A stretch of 64,000 nt of DNA from an uncultured Alphaproteobacteria bacterium (GCA_963815275.1 CAWFGD010000002.1:24102-88101); one strand, 5' to 3'. Counted from the first letter of the stretch, positions 11,914 through 23,356 are shown. Program-made: numbers and translations. The notes: generated by a model not told the origin, from the letters alone.

Positions 11914-12071
11914 AATTCTGCACCTCTTAACACTGTAACCAGTCTATCACGATTTCGTTCCCGACCAGAGAGGGGAAATTTTATAAACCTTCCCCCGAGC
12001 GGGGGATGTGTCGCGGCATTGGCCCCGTTTTCCGGCTGGACCGCTGCGGGCGGGCGCACTACACAAGCTTT

Positions 12072-14379
12072 ATGGCTGACGAAAACGACATTCCGAAAAT
12101 CGAACCTGTAACCCTTGCCGAGCCGCTGGCCCGCGCGATTGGCGAGCGCTATCTGACCTATGCGCTCTCGACGATCATGCACCGCGCCTTGCCCGATGCG
12201 CGGGATGGCTTGAAGCCGGTGCACCGGCGGATTCTCTACGCGATGCGCGAGCTGAGGCTTTCGGCAACCTCGGCCTTTCGCAAATCGGCGAAGATTTCCG
12301 GCGACGTCATGGGCAACTATCACCCGCATGGTGACATGGCGATCTATGACGCGATGGCGCGTCTGGCGCAGGATTTTAACGTGCGATACCCGTTGGTTGA
12401 CGGGCAGGGCAACTTTGGCAACATCGACGGTGATAACCCGGCGGCCAGTCGTTATACCGAGGCGCGACTGACGGCGATTGCCGAGACCCTGATGGAGGGG
12501 CTGGCCGAGAACGCGGTGGATTTCCGCCCGAACTACGACGGCACGCTGGAAGAGCCCGTGGTGATGCCTGCGGCTTTCCCGAACCTGCTGGCGAATGGGT
12601 CGAGCGGCATTGCCGTTGGCATGGCGACCAATATCCCGCCGCATAATCTGGACGAGCTTATTCAGGGCTGCCACGCGATGATGGCGAACCCGGAGCTGTC
12701 CGACGAAGCCTTGGTCGATATCATTCCCGGCCCGGATTTCCCCACCGGCGGCATCATGATCGAGCCGCGTGCGACGATGCTGGAGGCCTACCGCACCGGC
12801 CGTGGCTCGTTCCGCACCGGGCGAAGTGGGTGGTCGAGGATCTGGGGCGCGGCACCTGGCAGATCATCATCACCGAGATCCCCTATCAGGTGCAAAAGTC
12901 CAAGCTTATCGAGAAGTTGGCGGAAGTTATCCAGCTGAAGAAAGTGCCCTTGCTGGCCGATGTGCGCGACGAATCCGCCGATGATATCCGCATCGTGCTG
13001 GAGCCGCGCTCGCGCACGGTAGAGCCCGAAATGCTGATGGCGGCGCTGTTTCGCACCACCGATCTGGAAAGCCGTTTCAGCCTTAACATGAACGTGCTGA
13101 TCGACGGGCGCCAGCCGCGGGTGTGCAGTCTGAAAGAGGTGCTGCGCGCCTTTCTGGACCACCGCCGCGATGTGCTGCAACGGCGCTCGCAGCACCGGCT
13201 GGAGAAGATCGACCACCGGCTGGAGATCTTGGAAGGCTTTATCATCACCTTCCTCAATCTGGATCGGGTGATTGACATCATCCGCTATGACGAGGAACCC
13301 AAAGCCGCCTTGATGGCCGAGGATTGGGGCACGCAAGCACGTCCGCGCCACCTCGGAGAAGGACTATGTCGGCCCTGTGAAGGGCGGCGAGGGCGAGCTG
13401 TCCGAGGTGCAGGCCGAGGCCATTTTGAACATGCGGCTGCGGTCTTTGCGGCGGCTGGAAGAGATGGAGCTGATCGCCGAGCGCGATGCGCTGATGCTGG
13501 AACGTGCTGGTTTGGTTGATCTTTTGGAGAGTGACCCTCTGCAATGGAAGCAGATCGGCGTCGAGCTGGAGGAGATCCGCGCCAGATTCGGCAAGGGCAC
13601 CGTGCTGGGCGCGCGGCGTACCCAGCTGGCCGAGGCGGGCGAGGTCGAGGAAGTGTCCTTCGAGGCGATGATCGAGCGCGAGCCGATCACGGTGATCTGC
13701 AGCCAGATGGGCTGGATCCGGGCCTTGAAGGGTCATGTCGATCTGGCGACCGAGCAGAAGTTCAAGGATGGCGACGCAGCGCGCTTTGCCTTCCATGCCG
13801 AGACGACGGACAAGATCCTGCTCGTCGGGGCCAATGGCCGGTTCTACACGTTGGTCGGGGTCAATCTGCCCGGCGGGCGCGGTATGGGCGAGCCGGTGCG
13901 GCTGATGGTCGATCTGCCCGAACGAGTCTGAAATCGTTGATTTACAGATATTTAGGCCGGGTGAGAAGCTGCTGGTCGCCTCGACGGCCGGGGATGGCTT
14001 TGTGGTCAGCTCGGACGAGGTGCTGGCCCAGACCAAGGCGGGCAAACAGGTGTTGAGCCTTGGCGCGGGGGTGAAAACCGCGCTGTGCCGCAAGGTTCAG
14101 GGCGATCATGTTGCCGTGGTGGGCGACAACCGCAAGGTGCTGGTCTTCCCGCTGGCCGAGCTGCCGGAGATGGCCAAGGGCAAGGGCGTGCGCCTGCAGA
14201 AATACAAGGATGGCGGGCTGTCGGATGCCATCACCTTTGTGTTGAGCGCCGGGCTTGCCTGGAAAGATCCGGCGGGGCGGACGCGGACCGAGGCCGATCT
14301 GGGCGAATGGACCGCAGGCCGCGCCACGGCAGGGCGGATGGCACCGCGCGGCTTCCCGAGGGATAACAAGTTCAGCTGA
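12072..14379 (+). CDS. parC: DNA topoisomerase IV subunit A (apparent indels near 12818, 13331, 13918)
   Basis: [29 protein letters not shown]-terminal GKGVRLQ repeat region. Confidence 0.93.
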
Positions 14380-14599
14380 GCTGGGCTGAGGCCGGGTCTG
14401 ATTTAGGTGCGGCTGAGGTATGGCGAACGTATGGTTTACGTCATGACGTTGGTTTTGGGCGGCAAGGGCGCTGGTTAAGGTAAGATGCCCGCTGCCCTCG
14501 CCTGGCGCAGGGGGGGCTGCGCGGTCCGGGGCCGCCCCTTGCCCCGCGCTGCGCCACGCGATACCCTTCCTGCGGCAGTGCAGCAATCAGGAGCCGGTC

Positions 14600-14845
14600 A
14601 TGGCGCAGCGTCTTCATCTGGTATTCGGCGGCGAACTCGTCAGCCCCGAGCAGAACATCTTCAAGGACGTCAAGGACATCCATATCGTCGGCATGTTTCC
14701 GGATTATGCAACCGCGTTCAACGCCTGGAAGGCCGAGGCGCAGCGCACGGTGGACAATGCCCATATGCGCTATTTCATCGCCCATATTCACCGGCTGCGC
14801 GAAGAGGGCAAGGCGGCCTCGCTGACCGAGGAGATGGGGGCGTAA
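14600..14845 (+). CDS. DUF4170-like small protein
   Basis: LHLVFGGEL...AQRTVDNAHMRYFI; AGGAG RBS; directly upstream of waaA. Confidence 0.75.
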   Translation: MAQRLHLVFGGELVSPEQNIFKDVKDIHIVGMFPDYATAFNAWKAEAQRTVDNAHMRYFIAHIHRLREEGKAASLTEEMGA

Positions 14846-14860
14846 CGCCACCGCACGCCT

Positions 14861-16051
14861 ATGGCACTTTCCCTTGGCCGAACGCTTTATACTCTGGCTG
14901 CAGGGCGTGCGCCGGAGCTTCAGCAGACGCGTCCGGCGCGGCCTGCGGGCGATCTGATCTGGCTGCATGCGCCGCATGCGGCGGCGGTGGCGGGGCTTTT
15001 GGGCCTGGTGGCAAGGCTGCGGGCGGATCTGGGGGTGGCGGTGTTGCTGACCTGTGCTGACCTGGGCCAGACGACGAAGGGAGTGATCCTGCAGAGCCCG
15101 CCGCTGGACAGGCCGGCGGAGGTGCGGGCGTTTCTGGCGCATTGGCAACCGCGCCTGGCGCTGTTTGCCGAAGGTGAGGTGCGGCCGGTGGCTTTGGCCG
15201 AGATGGAGGCGCAGCGTCTGCCCGCGCTGATGGTCAATGCGCGGGATGCGGTTTTGCCCAAGGGGCGCGGCGGCTGGTATCCGGGGTTGATGCGCGCCTC
15301 TCTCGCCTCGGTGGCTTCGGTCTTTGTCGTCGATGAGCAGGCGGCGCGGAGCTTTCGCCGCGCCGGTGCGCTGGAAGTGGAATTCACCGGGCGCATGGAA
15401 GAGCCGAGTGCGGCGCTGCCGCATCACGAGCCGGAGCGGGCGGCGCTGGCCAGCCTGATGGCGACGCGGCCGGTCTGGCTGGCGGTGGATGTGCCGCAGG
15501 CCGAGGAAGAGGTGGTGATCGCGGCGCATCGCGCGGCCTTGCGGCTGGCGCATCGCTTGCTGTTGATCCTTGTGCCGCAGGATTTCAGCCGTGCGGCAGA
15601 GCTGACCGAGCGCTTTGAACAGGGCGAGGGCTGGCATGTGGCGCAGCGCGGCCTGGAGCAGGAGCCCGAGCCGGAAACCACGGTGTTCATCGCTGATTCG
15701 GCTTCGGAATACGGGTTGTGGTACCGGCTTGCGCCGATCAGTTTCATGGGCGGGTCGGTCGCGGGCGAGGGCTGTGCGCGCAATCCGATGGAGGCCGCGG
15801 CGATGGGATCTGCGATCATCTATGGGCCGCGCGCCGGGGTCTATGGCCCGGTGTTTGGTCGCTTGGGCGCGGCGCAGGCTGCGCGGGCGGTCAGTGGCGC
15901 CGAGGAGTTGGGCGAGGCTTTGGGCGATCTTTTGGACCCGGACCGCGCCGCAAAGCTGGCACAGGCGGCCTGGGGGCTGTCTTCGGATGGGGTCGAGGCG
16001 ACCGACCGGGTCTTTGCCGAGGTGCGGCGCATTCTGGACCGGGGGGCGTGA
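14861..16051 (+). CDS. waaA: Kdo transferase (WaaA/KdtA)-like protein with divergent motifs
   Basis: [15 protein letters not shown]...NPMEAA; coupled to lpxK. Confidence 0.75.
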   Translation: MALSLGRTLYTLAAGRAPELQQTRPARPAGDLIWLHAPHAAAVAGLLGLVARLRADLGVAVLLTCADLGQTTKGVILQSPPLDRPAEVRAFLAHWQPRLALFAEGEVRPVALAEMEAQRLPALMVNARDAVLPKGRGGWYPGLMRASLASVASVFVVDEQAARSFRRAGALEVEFTGRMEEPSAALPHHEPERAALASLMATRPVWLAVDVPQAEEEVVIAAHRAALRLAHRLLLILVPQDFSRAAELTERFEQGEGWHVAQRGLEQEPEPETTVFIADSASEYGLWYRLAPISFMGGSVAGEGCARNPMEAAAMGSAIIYGPRAGVYGPVFGRLGAAQAARAVSGAEELGEALGDLLDPDRAAKLAQAAWGLSSDGVEATDRVFAEVRRILDRGA

Positions 16052-17016
16052 TGCGGCCGCCGAAGTTCTGGACCAATGCGCCCGAGGCGCCGGGAATCTG
16101 GGCGCGGATCTTGGCGCCGCTCGGCTGGATCTATGCGGCGGGGGTGGCGCGGCGCTTGCGGGCTGCGGGCTATCGCGCCGGGGTGCCGGTGATCTGCATC
16201 GGCAATATCAACGCGGGCGGCACCGGCAAGACCCCGACGGCGATTGCTTTGGTCGAGCGGCTCAAGGCGCGGGGGGTGCGGGTGGCGGTGGTCTCGCGCG
16301 GCTATGGCGGGCGGTTGGCGGGGCCTGTGCAGGTTGTGCCTGCGCGGCACCGGGCCGAGGATGTCGGCGACGAACCCCTGCTGCTTGCGGCTTTCACCGA
16401 GGTGTTCGTGGCGCGGGACCGGGCGGCGGGCGTGCGCATGGCCGAGGCCGCCGGGGCGCAGGTTGTGCTGCTGGACGACGGCTTTCAGAACCCCTCGGTG
16501 GTTAAGGATGTGTCCATCGTTGTGGTCGATGCTGGGGTTGGCTTTGGCAACGGGCGCTGCCTGCCTGCGGGGCCTTTGCGCGAACCTGTGGCGGTCGGTT
16601 TGGCGCGGGCTGATGTGGTTTTGGTGATTGGCGAGGGCAGGGTCGCGACGCCGGGCGTGGCGCAACTGCGCGGGCGGCTTGAGGTTTTGAAGATGGGGAT
16701 CGACTGGGCCGGCGAGCGGGTGCTGGCCTTTGCCGGCATCGGGCGGCCCGAGAAGTTCTTTGCCACCCTGCGCGGCGCGGGGGCCGAGGTTTTGCGCGCC
16801 GAGGCTTTGGCGGATCATCAGCCGCTGTCGCCCGCCTTGCTGGCGCGGCTGGAGGCGGAGGCTTTTGCGCTTGGCGCGCAATTGGTGACGACGGAAAAGG
16901 ACGCGGTGCGGCTGCCCGAGGCCTACCGGATGCGCGTGCTGACGCTGCCGGTGCGGTTGCAGATTGAAGATTGGCAGGAATTGGATAGAAGGCTGGCAAG
17001 CCTTGGCCTTGGCTGA
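16051..17016 (+). CDS. lpxK: Tetraacyldisaccharide 4'-kinase
   Basis: [29 protein letters not shown]. Confidence 0.94.
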   Translation: MRPPKFWTNAPEAPGIWARILAPLGWIYAAGVARRLRAAGYRAGVPVICIGNINAGGTGKTPTAIALVERLKARGVRVAVVSRGYGGRLAGPVQVVPARHRAEDVGDEPLLLAAFTEVFVARDRAAGVRMAEAAGAQVVLLDDGFQNPSVVKDVSIVVVDAGVGFGNGRCLPAGPLREPVAVGLARADVVLVIGEGRVATPGVAQLRGRLEVLKMGIDWAGERVLAFAGIGRPEKFFATLRGAGAEVLRAEALADHQPLSPALLARLEAEAFALGAQLVTTEKDAVRLPEAYRMRVLTLPVRLQIEDWQELDRRLASLGLG

Positions 17017-17049
17017 GACACCTGCCCAGACCCCTGCAAGGAGCATGCC

Positions 17050-17667
17050 ATGTCCGAGATCAAATCGCTGTTCGCCACGCGGCTTTACCGCGCGCATCTG
17101 GCCGAATTGGGCAAGGTCGATGCCGAAGAGCTGGAGGCGACCTGCCTGTCGATCGCCGAGGATGACGAGGCGGGGCAGCTGTGGTGCGAGGAAAATGCCT
17201 ATCCGGGCTATACCTCTTATGCCTCGCTGGACGATCTGGCCTGGCGCTCGCCGGTGTTCGAGGCGCTGGTTGCGGTGCTGGACAAGCATGTGGCGGAGTT
17301 TGTCAAAGAGCTGGATTTCGATCTGGGCGACAAGGGGCTGAAGCTTGATTCGCTGTGGATCAACATCCTTGGCTCGGGCGGCAATCATGCCTCGCATATC
17401 CACCCGCATAGCGTGATTTCGGGCACGACCTATGTGACCATGCCGGAAGGCACCTCGGCGATCAAATTCGAGGACCCGCGGCTGGCGATGATGATGGCCG
17501 CGCCGCCGCGCAAGAAATCGGCGCGGGAGGATCTGCGCAGCTTTATCTACGCCAAGCCCGAGGTCGGCGAGGTGCTGCTGTGGGAAAGCTGGCTGCGCCA
17601 TGAGGTGCCGATGAACATGTCGGACGATGAGCGGATCTCGGTGAGCTTCAATTACAGCTGGGGCTGA
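17050..17667 (+). CDS. TIGR02466-type putative 2OG-Fe(II) oxygenase
   Basis: HIHPHSVISG, SWLRHEV, RISVSFN. Confidence 0.8.
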   Translation: MSEIKSLFATRLYRAHLAELGKVDAEELEATCLSIAEDDEAGQLWCEENAYPGYTSYASLDDLAWRSPVFEALVAVLDKHVAEFVKELDFDLGDKGLKLDSLWINILGSGGNHASHIHPHSVISGTTYVTMPEGTSAIKFEDPRLAMMMAAPPRKKSAREDLRSFIYAKPEVGEVLLWESWLRHEVPMNMSDDERISVSFNYSWG

Positions 17668-18563
17668 GACAAGGCGGTCGCCTGCACGTGCTTTTCGAAG
17701 AAATCGGAAAAGGTGGCGATGCGGGCGGGCAGTTTTTCGAAGGGCGCGTAGTAAAGCGTCAGCCAGATATCGGGGGCGGACCAGTCGGGCAGCACCTCTT
17801 TGAGTTGACCCGAGGCGAGCGCCTCGGCGGTGATAAAGCGGGGCAAGAGGGCGATGCCCTCGCCCGCGATTGCCAGTTTCTCCAGAAAATCGCCGTTGTT
17901 GGCCGAGAAGCTGCCTGTGGTCTTGTGGGTCAGGTGGGCCGGGCCGTTTGACAGCTCCCAGATCTCGGAGCGGGCCTTGTCGCCATAGCTGAGACAGCGG
18001 TGATCGGTCAGGTCTTTCGCGGTCTTGGGCGTGCCGTTGTGGGCAAGGTAGGTGGGGGCGGCGACCAGAGCACGCGGCACTTTGCAGATCTTGCGCCAGA
18101 TGGTGGATTTGTCGGCAGGCGGGCCGGAGATGCGGATGGCCATGTCGAACTGGCCGTCGAGGATATCGACAAAGCCATCGGAAAGCGATGTCGCCACATG
18201 GGTTTGCGGGTAAAGCGCGGCGAATTGCAGCAAGACCTGCGGCAGCACGCGCAGGCCCAGCGACATGGGGGCGGCGATGCGGATCAGGCCTGCGGTGAGG
18301 CCCTGTTGTTCGCGGGTCTCCTCGGCTGCGGCCTCCAATGCGGTTTGCAGCGGGGCGACGCGGGCGGCGTAGACTGCGCCAGACGCGGTGAGCGAGACCT
18401 GCCGCGTGGTGCGCAAGAGCAGTTGGACGCCGAGGCGATCCTCCAGTGCCGCGACCGTGCGGGTGACGGAGGCGGGTGTGAGACCCAGAGCGCGTGCAGC
18501 GCCGGAAAAGCTTTGCTGTTCGGCAACGGCCAGAAACACACGAATAGATTCAAGTTCACCCAT
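17652..18563 (-). CDS. LysR-family regulator
   Basis: SFSGAARALG HTH, LLRTTRQVSLT; divergent from the dioxygenase operon. Confidence 0.9.
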   Translation of the reverse strand: MGELESIRVFLAVAEQQSFSGAARALGLTPASVTRTVAALEDRLGVQLLLRTTRQVSLTASGAVYAARVAPLQTALEAAAEETREQQGLTAGLIRIAAPMSLGLRVLPQVLLQFAALYPQTHVATSLSDGFVDILDGQFDMAIRISGPPADKSTIWRKICKVPRALVAAPTYLAHNGTPKTAKDLTDHRCLSYGDKARSEIWELSNGPAHLTHKTTGSFSANNGDFLEKLAIAGEGIALLPRFITAEALASGQLKEVLPDWSAPDIWLTLYYAPFEKLPARIATFSDFFEKHVQATALSQPQL

Positions 18564-18571
18564 GCGGGTAT

Positions 18572-18590
18572 TATTGCGCATATCGCAATA
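18572..18590. promoter_or_regulatory. LysR recognition site (T-N11-A)
   Basis: Inverted repeat tattgcg-catat-cgcaata just upstream of the LysR start. Confidence 0.75.
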
Positions 18591-18689
18591 GTATTGGCAA
18601 GATTATGTCTATTCTTTTACGGTAATAAACGCCCCATCTTGGCTGCATGAGTTCGACGCTTTGTTGGACCGCAGGAAAGGAAGATCGCC

Positions 18690-19619
18690 ATGCTAAGTCA
18701 GATCAAAGGGCTGCACCACGTCACCTCGATGGCGGATGATGCGCAAGAGAACAATGATTTCTTCACCAAGGTGCTGGGGCTGCGCCGGGTGAAAAAGACG
18801 GTGAATTTCGACCAGCCCGACGTTTATCATCTGTATTACGGCGACGAGGTTGGCTCGCCCGGTTCGGTGATGACCTATTTCCCCTTTGGTCATATGGCCA
18901 AGGGTCGGCGCGGCGCGGGAGAAGTGGCGCAGACGGTGTTTTCGGTGCCTGCGGGCAGCCTTGGTTTTTGGACCGAGCGTTTGGCAGCACAGGGCGTCAG
19001 CGGTGTGACCGCTTCGGAGGTCTTTGGCGAGAAGCGGTTGAATTTCGCCGGGCCGGATGGCGATGGTTTCGCCCTGGTCGAGGTGGAGGGCGATGCGCGG
19101 CCGGCTTTTGGCGGCGGTCCGGTGGCGGCGGAGGTCGGTGTGCATGGCTTTCACAGCGCCAAGATGAGCCTGCGCGATGGCGGCGCGACCGGGGAATTGT
19201 TGCAGTTCATGGGCTATCAAAAGTTCGATACCCAAGGCGAGACGACGCGCTTTATCCGCGAGGGTGGCAATGGCGCGCATCTGATTGATCTGGAGGTTCT
19301 GCCCGAACAAGCTGCGGCACGGATGGGGGCAGGGTCGGTGCATCACATTGCTTTTGCAGTGGAAAACCGGGCGGCACAGCTGGAGGTGCGCAAAGCGCTG
19401 ATGGACACCGGCTATAACGTGACGCCGGTGATCGACCGCGATTACTTCTGGGCGATCTACTTTCGCACGCCCGGCGGGGTGCTGTTCGAGGTTGCCACCA
19501 ACGAGCCGGGCTTTGACCGCGATGAGGACACCGCGCATCTGGGCGAGGCGCTGAAGCTGCCGTCGCAATACGCGGCCCAGCGGGCACAGATCGAGGCGAT
19601 TTTGCCGGTGTTGAAATAG
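18690..19619 (+). CDS. VOC-family ring-cleaving dioxygenase (MhqO-like)
   Basis: GLHHVT, KKTVNFD, VHHIAF, DRDYFWAIYF, FEVAT. Confidence 0.9.
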   Translation: MLSQIKGLHHVTSMADDAQENNDFFTKVLGLRRVKKTVNFDQPDVYHLYYGDEVGSPGSVMTYFPFGHMAKGRRGAGEVAQTVFSVPAGSLGFWTERLAAQGVSGVTASEVFGEKRLNFAGPDGDGFALVEVEGDARPAFGGGPVAAEVGVHGFHSAKMSLRDGGATGELLQFMGYQKFDTQGETTRFIREGGNGAHLIDLEVLPEQAAARMGAGSVHHIAFAVENRAAQLEVRKALMDTGYNVTPVIDRDYFWAIYFRTPGGVLFEVATNEPGFDRDEDTAHLGEALKLPSQYAAQRAQIEAILPVLK

Positions 19620-19670
19620 AAACGGCAGCGCCGCTTGCGGGCGGCGCTGGCCTTTCAGAAAGGAAAGCCG

Positions 19671-20276
19671 ATGTCACTTGAGACGTATCACCATATCGCC
19701 AAGGCCGCCTCTGCGGGCGCGCCTTTGGTCTTTGCTTTTCACGGCACGGGCGGGGATGAACACCAGTTCGAGGGGCTTTTGGCGCAGATCTTGCCCGAAG
19801 CGGGGCTGATTGCGCCGCGCGGCGATGTGTCGGAGCATGGCGCGAACCGCTTCTTTCGCCGCAGCGGCGAGGGGGTTTACGACATGGCCGATCTGGCGCT
19901 GCGGACGGCGGCGATGGTGGGGTTCATCCGCGCGGCGCGGCAGGCTTTTCCGGCCTCGGCGGTTTACGGGATGGGCTATTCCAACGGGGCGAATATCCTT
20001 GCCTCGGTCTTGTTCGAGGCACCGGAGTTGTTTGACCGCGCGGCGCTGTTGCATCCGTTGATTCCGTTTGCGCCCAAGCATCAGCCGGGGCTGGCGGGCA
20101 AGCGGGTGCTGATCACGGCGGGCGAGCGCGATGCGATCTGTCCCTTGCCGCTGACCCGCAGCCTTGCGGATTATTTCGAGGCGCAGGGGGCGGAGAGCCG
20201 TTTGTTCACCCATCGCGGCGGGCATGAGATTACGCAAACAGAACTGGCCGAAGTGGCGGGGTTCTTGCAGAAGTAG
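19671..20276 (+). CDS. Alpha/beta hydrolase (MhqD-like carboxylesterase)
   Basis: HGTGGDE, GYSNGA, GGHE. Confidence 0.85.
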   Translation: MSLETYHHIAKAASAGAPLVFAFHGTGGDEHQFEGLLAQILPEAGLIAPRGDVSEHGANRFFRRSGEGVYDMADLALRTAAMVGFIRAARQAFPASAVYGMGYSNGANILASVLFEAPELFDRAALLHPLIPFAPKHQPGLAGKRVLITAGERDAICPLPLTRSLADYFEAQGAESRLFTHRGGHEITQTELAEVAGFLQK

Positions 20277-20285
20277 GAGGCCAAG

Positions 20286-20963
20286 ATGCTGTTAATTCAC
20301 GAGAATACTGCGCGGGGTCGCGGGCAGATGGGCTGGGTCGATGCGCATTACAGCTTTTCCTTTGGCAGCTTTAACGATCCGACGCGGATGGGCGTTGGGG
20401 CTTTGCGGGTGCTGAATGAGGATTTCATCGTGCCGGGCTCGGGCTTTGCGCCGCATGAGCACAGGGACATGGATATTCTGACCTATGTGCTGCAGGGCAG
20501 CCTGCGGCATGAGGATTCGATGGGCCATGTCTCCGAGATCAAGGCGGGGCAGATGCAGCTGATGTCGGCGGGGTCGGGCGTGACGCATGCGGAGCGCAAT
20601 GGCTCGGACAGCGAGACGGCGCATCTCTACCAGATCTGGCTGATCCCGGATGCGTTGGGTGGCGCGCCGTCTTATCAGGAGCTGGTGCCGCAGGGGGCTG
20701 GCATGGAGGCGATTGCGGGGGGCGAGGGGCCTTTGCGCCTTCGCTCGGATGCAAGGGTGTTTCGGGTGCGGCCAAAGGCGGGCGAGGTGACACATCTGGC
20801 GCAGCGCGGGCGGCATGGCTTTGTGCAGATCATCTCGGGTCTGGCGGAAAGCGAGGGCGAAAGCTTGCGCGGTGGCGATGGGGTGCAGGCCTCGGGCGAG
20901 GCCTTGCCGGATCTGACCTGGATCACCGAGGGCGAGGCGCTTTACTTTGATTTGCCGCGCTGA
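20286..20963 (+). CDS. Pirin-family protein (YhhW-like)
   Basis: LRVLNED, HEHRDM, HEDSMG, QLMSAGSGVTHAE. Confidence 0.88.
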   Translation: MLLIHENTARGRGQMGWVDAHYSFSFGSFNDPTRMGVGALRVLNEDFIVPGSGFAPHEHRDMDILTYVLQGSLRHEDSMGHVSEIKAGQMQLMSAGSGVTHAERNGSDSETAHLYQIWLIPDALGGAPSYQELVPQGAGMEAIAGGEGPLRLRSDARVFRVRPKAGEVTHLAQRGRHGFVQIISGLAESEGESLRGGDGVQASGEALPDLTWITEGEALYFDLPR

Positions 20964-22084
20964 CCCACGAGCGACTGGTGCTGTCCGAGGGTCGGGGCGG
21001 GGCGGTCGAGCGCCAGAGTCGCGCCCGAGAAGGTGAAGGGCGAGCGCACGCCGGGCAGGCCTTCGGGGGCGATTTGCAGGCCGCGCGCCACACCTGCGGA
21101 TCGGCGAAGGTTTCGGCCAGATCATTGATCGGGCCTGCGGGGACGCCTTTGGCCTCGCAGGCGGCGAGCAGATCGGCTTTGGTCATCTGGCTGGTCGCGG
21201 CGGTCAGGCGCGCGGTCATCTCGGCGCGGTTGGTCACGCGGTCGGCGTTGGTGGTGAATTTCGGATCAGTGGCCATATCGGGCAGGGCGAGCAGATCGCA
21301 GAGCTTTTGATACTGGCTGTCGTTGCCGATGGCGAGGATGATCCAGCCGTCGGCGCAGTCAAACACCGCATAGGGCGCGAGGTTGGGGTGGGCGTTGCCC
21401 ATCTTTTGCGGGGCTTTGCCCGAGGTCAGATAGTTCAGCGACTGGTTTGCCATCACCGAGGTCGCGACATCCATCAGCGCCATGTCGATATGCTGGCCCT
21501 CGCCGGTGCGGCCGCGCTGCACGAGGGCGGCCAGAATCGCGGTGGCGGCATAGACGCCGGTGAAGATGTCGGTGACCGCGACGCCGACCTTTTGCGGCTG
21601 GCCGTCGGGCTCGCCGGTGACCGACATCAGCCCAGCCATGCCCTGGATGATGAAGTCATAGCCGGCGCGGTGGGCATAGGGGCCGGTATGGCCGAAGCCG
21701 GTGATCGAGCAGTAGATCAGACGCGGATTGATCGCGCGCAGGCTGTCGTAATCCAGGCCGTATTTGGCGAGGCCGCCGAGTTTGAAATTCTCGATCAGCA
21801 CATCGGCATCGGCGATCAGGCGTGCGGACGATCTCCTGCCCCTCGGGCGTGCGGAAATCGGCGGTGATGCCGCGCTTGCCGCGGTTGGTGGCGTGGAAAT
21901 AGGCGGCGGAGCGCTCGCCGTCATGGTCGATGAAGGGCGGCCCCCAGCGGCGGGTGTCATCGCCCTCGGGCGCTTCGACCTTGATGACGTCTGCGCCCAG
22001 ATCGGCCAGGGTCTGGCCAGCCCAGGGGCCAGCCAGAATCCGGGCCAGTTCAATGACCTTAAGGCCTGCCAGGGGCGTGGTCAT
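20942..22084 (-). CDS. CaiB/BaiF family III CoA-transferase (two apparent indels)
   Basis: ILAGP, ADLGADVIKVE, NRGK, ENFK, GYD. Confidence 0.88.
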
Positions 22085-22735
22085 TTACTTGGCAAGTTCC
22101 GCGTCGATCAGCGCCTTCATGTCGTCATAGGACATGTTGGCGTGCTTTTCGCCGTTGATCAGGAAGGTCGGAGTGCCCTCGATGCCAGCCGCCTTGAAGC
22201 TGGTCTCATAGTGGGTGATCAGGGATTGCGCCATGGCCGTGTCTTTCATGCAGGCATCCATCGCGGCATCGTCCATGCCTGCGGCGCGGCCGATTTTCTT
22301 GAGGTTTTCAACGACTTCGGAAGGGTTGTCCGAGGCGGCCCAATCCTTTTGCGTGTCATAGAGCGTGTCGACGATGCCGATATAGCGCATCTCGCCCCCG
22401 CAGCGCGCCATCATCGCCGCCCAGAGGCCGTAGCGGTCGAAGTAGACCTCGTGATAGACGAGGCGGACCTTGCCGGTGTCGATGTAATCGGCCTTGAGCT
22501 GGGGATAGACCGTGTCATGGAAATTCGCGCAATGCGGGCAGGTGAAGGAGGCAAACTCTTCGATCACCACGGGGGCGTCGGCCTGACCAATGCCGAAATC
22601 CTTGATCTCGGTGGTGGCGGGGGCCGGAGTTGCGGCGGGGGTGGTCTCGGTCGTGGTCGCGGTCTGGGCCCAGACGCCTGAAGCGCCGAGGGTCAGGGCC
22701 ACAACTGCGGCTGCGGTGGTAAAGAGATTTGCCAT
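22085..22735 (-). CDS. DsbA-family disulfide oxidoreductase
   Basis: Signal peptide, CPHC, GTPTF. Confidence 0.9.
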   Translation of the reverse strand: MANLFTTAAAVVALTLGASGVWAQTATTTETTPAATPAPATTEIKDFGIGQADAPVVIEEFASFTCPHCANFHDTVYPQLKADYIDTGKVRLVYHEVYFDRYGLWAAMMARCGGEMRYIGIVDTLYDTQKDWAASDNPSEVVENLKKIGRAAGMDDAAMDACMKDTAMAQSLITHYETSFKAAGIEGTPTFLINGEKHANMSYDDMKALIDAELAK

Positions 22736-22740
22736 CGGGA

Positions 22741-23274
22741 TTAGCCTTCCTTCGATTTTCGGCGAGTTAAGAAGTTTTGCACAAGAGATTCAAGGGCGGT
22801 TCGCAGGGCCTCGTCCTGCACGGGGGCGGCGGTGGCTTTGGCTTCCCGCGTCACCTCGGGCGAGGGGGCCGCGGCGGCTTTTGGGGCCTGGGTAAACTGG
22901 GCCTGTCCCTCGGCAAAGCCGGAGGCGGCGGTCTGGGTGATCAGGATGCGCGAAATGGCGGCGTAGCCGTAGACGGCATTGACCTTTTCGCGGAGCTTTT
23001 CCTTTTGCATCTCGATCATGGGCGCATTGGCGCCGGTGGTCAGCAGGGTCAGCGTCGCGCCCATGCCCTCGCGGCCATAGCCGACCTTGACGGGGCGGGT
23101 CACGGCAGCCATCTCGGCTCCGGCGATTTCGTCCCAATGGGTCAGCAGCCGGGCGATGGCAAAGCCGCGCCCCTCGCCCACGGTGCGGATCTGCTCGCGC
23201 AGCAGGCCGGATGTGGCCTCAAAGCCGCGAAAGCGGCGCTTGGTGTTGGGCGGCGGGGCAGGTGTGCGGGCCAT
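22741..23274 (-). CDS. DUF721/DciA-like protein
   Basis: LLTHWDEIAG...EKVNAVYGYAAISRILITQ; divergent from mutY. Confidence 0.75.
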   Translation of the reverse strand: MARTPAPPPNTKRRFRGFEATSGLLREQIRTVGEGRGFAIARLLTHWDEIAGAEMAAVTRPVKVGYGREGMGATLTLLTTGANAPMIEMQKEKLREKVNAVYGYAAISRILITQTAASGFAEGQAQFTQAPKAAAAPSPEVTREAKATAAPVQDEALRTALESLVQNFLTRRKSKEG

Positions 23275-23356
23275 CTGGTCCTATCCGGTTCTGACGCTAT
23301 TCTAGGGGGCGGGGCCGCGCCATGCCAGAGGCATGCGGCCAGATGGGGGATAAAGA

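Noticed and set aside
11900-11940. CtrA box near the SH3 gene start
   Set aside because: The best match (TTAA-N7-ATAA) overlaps the start codon and the other TTAA has wrong spacing
12072-14379. Programmed frameshifting or true pseudogenisation of parC and other split genes
   Set aside because: No shared slippery motif, no nonsense decay noticed, essential genes affected; consensus error is simpler
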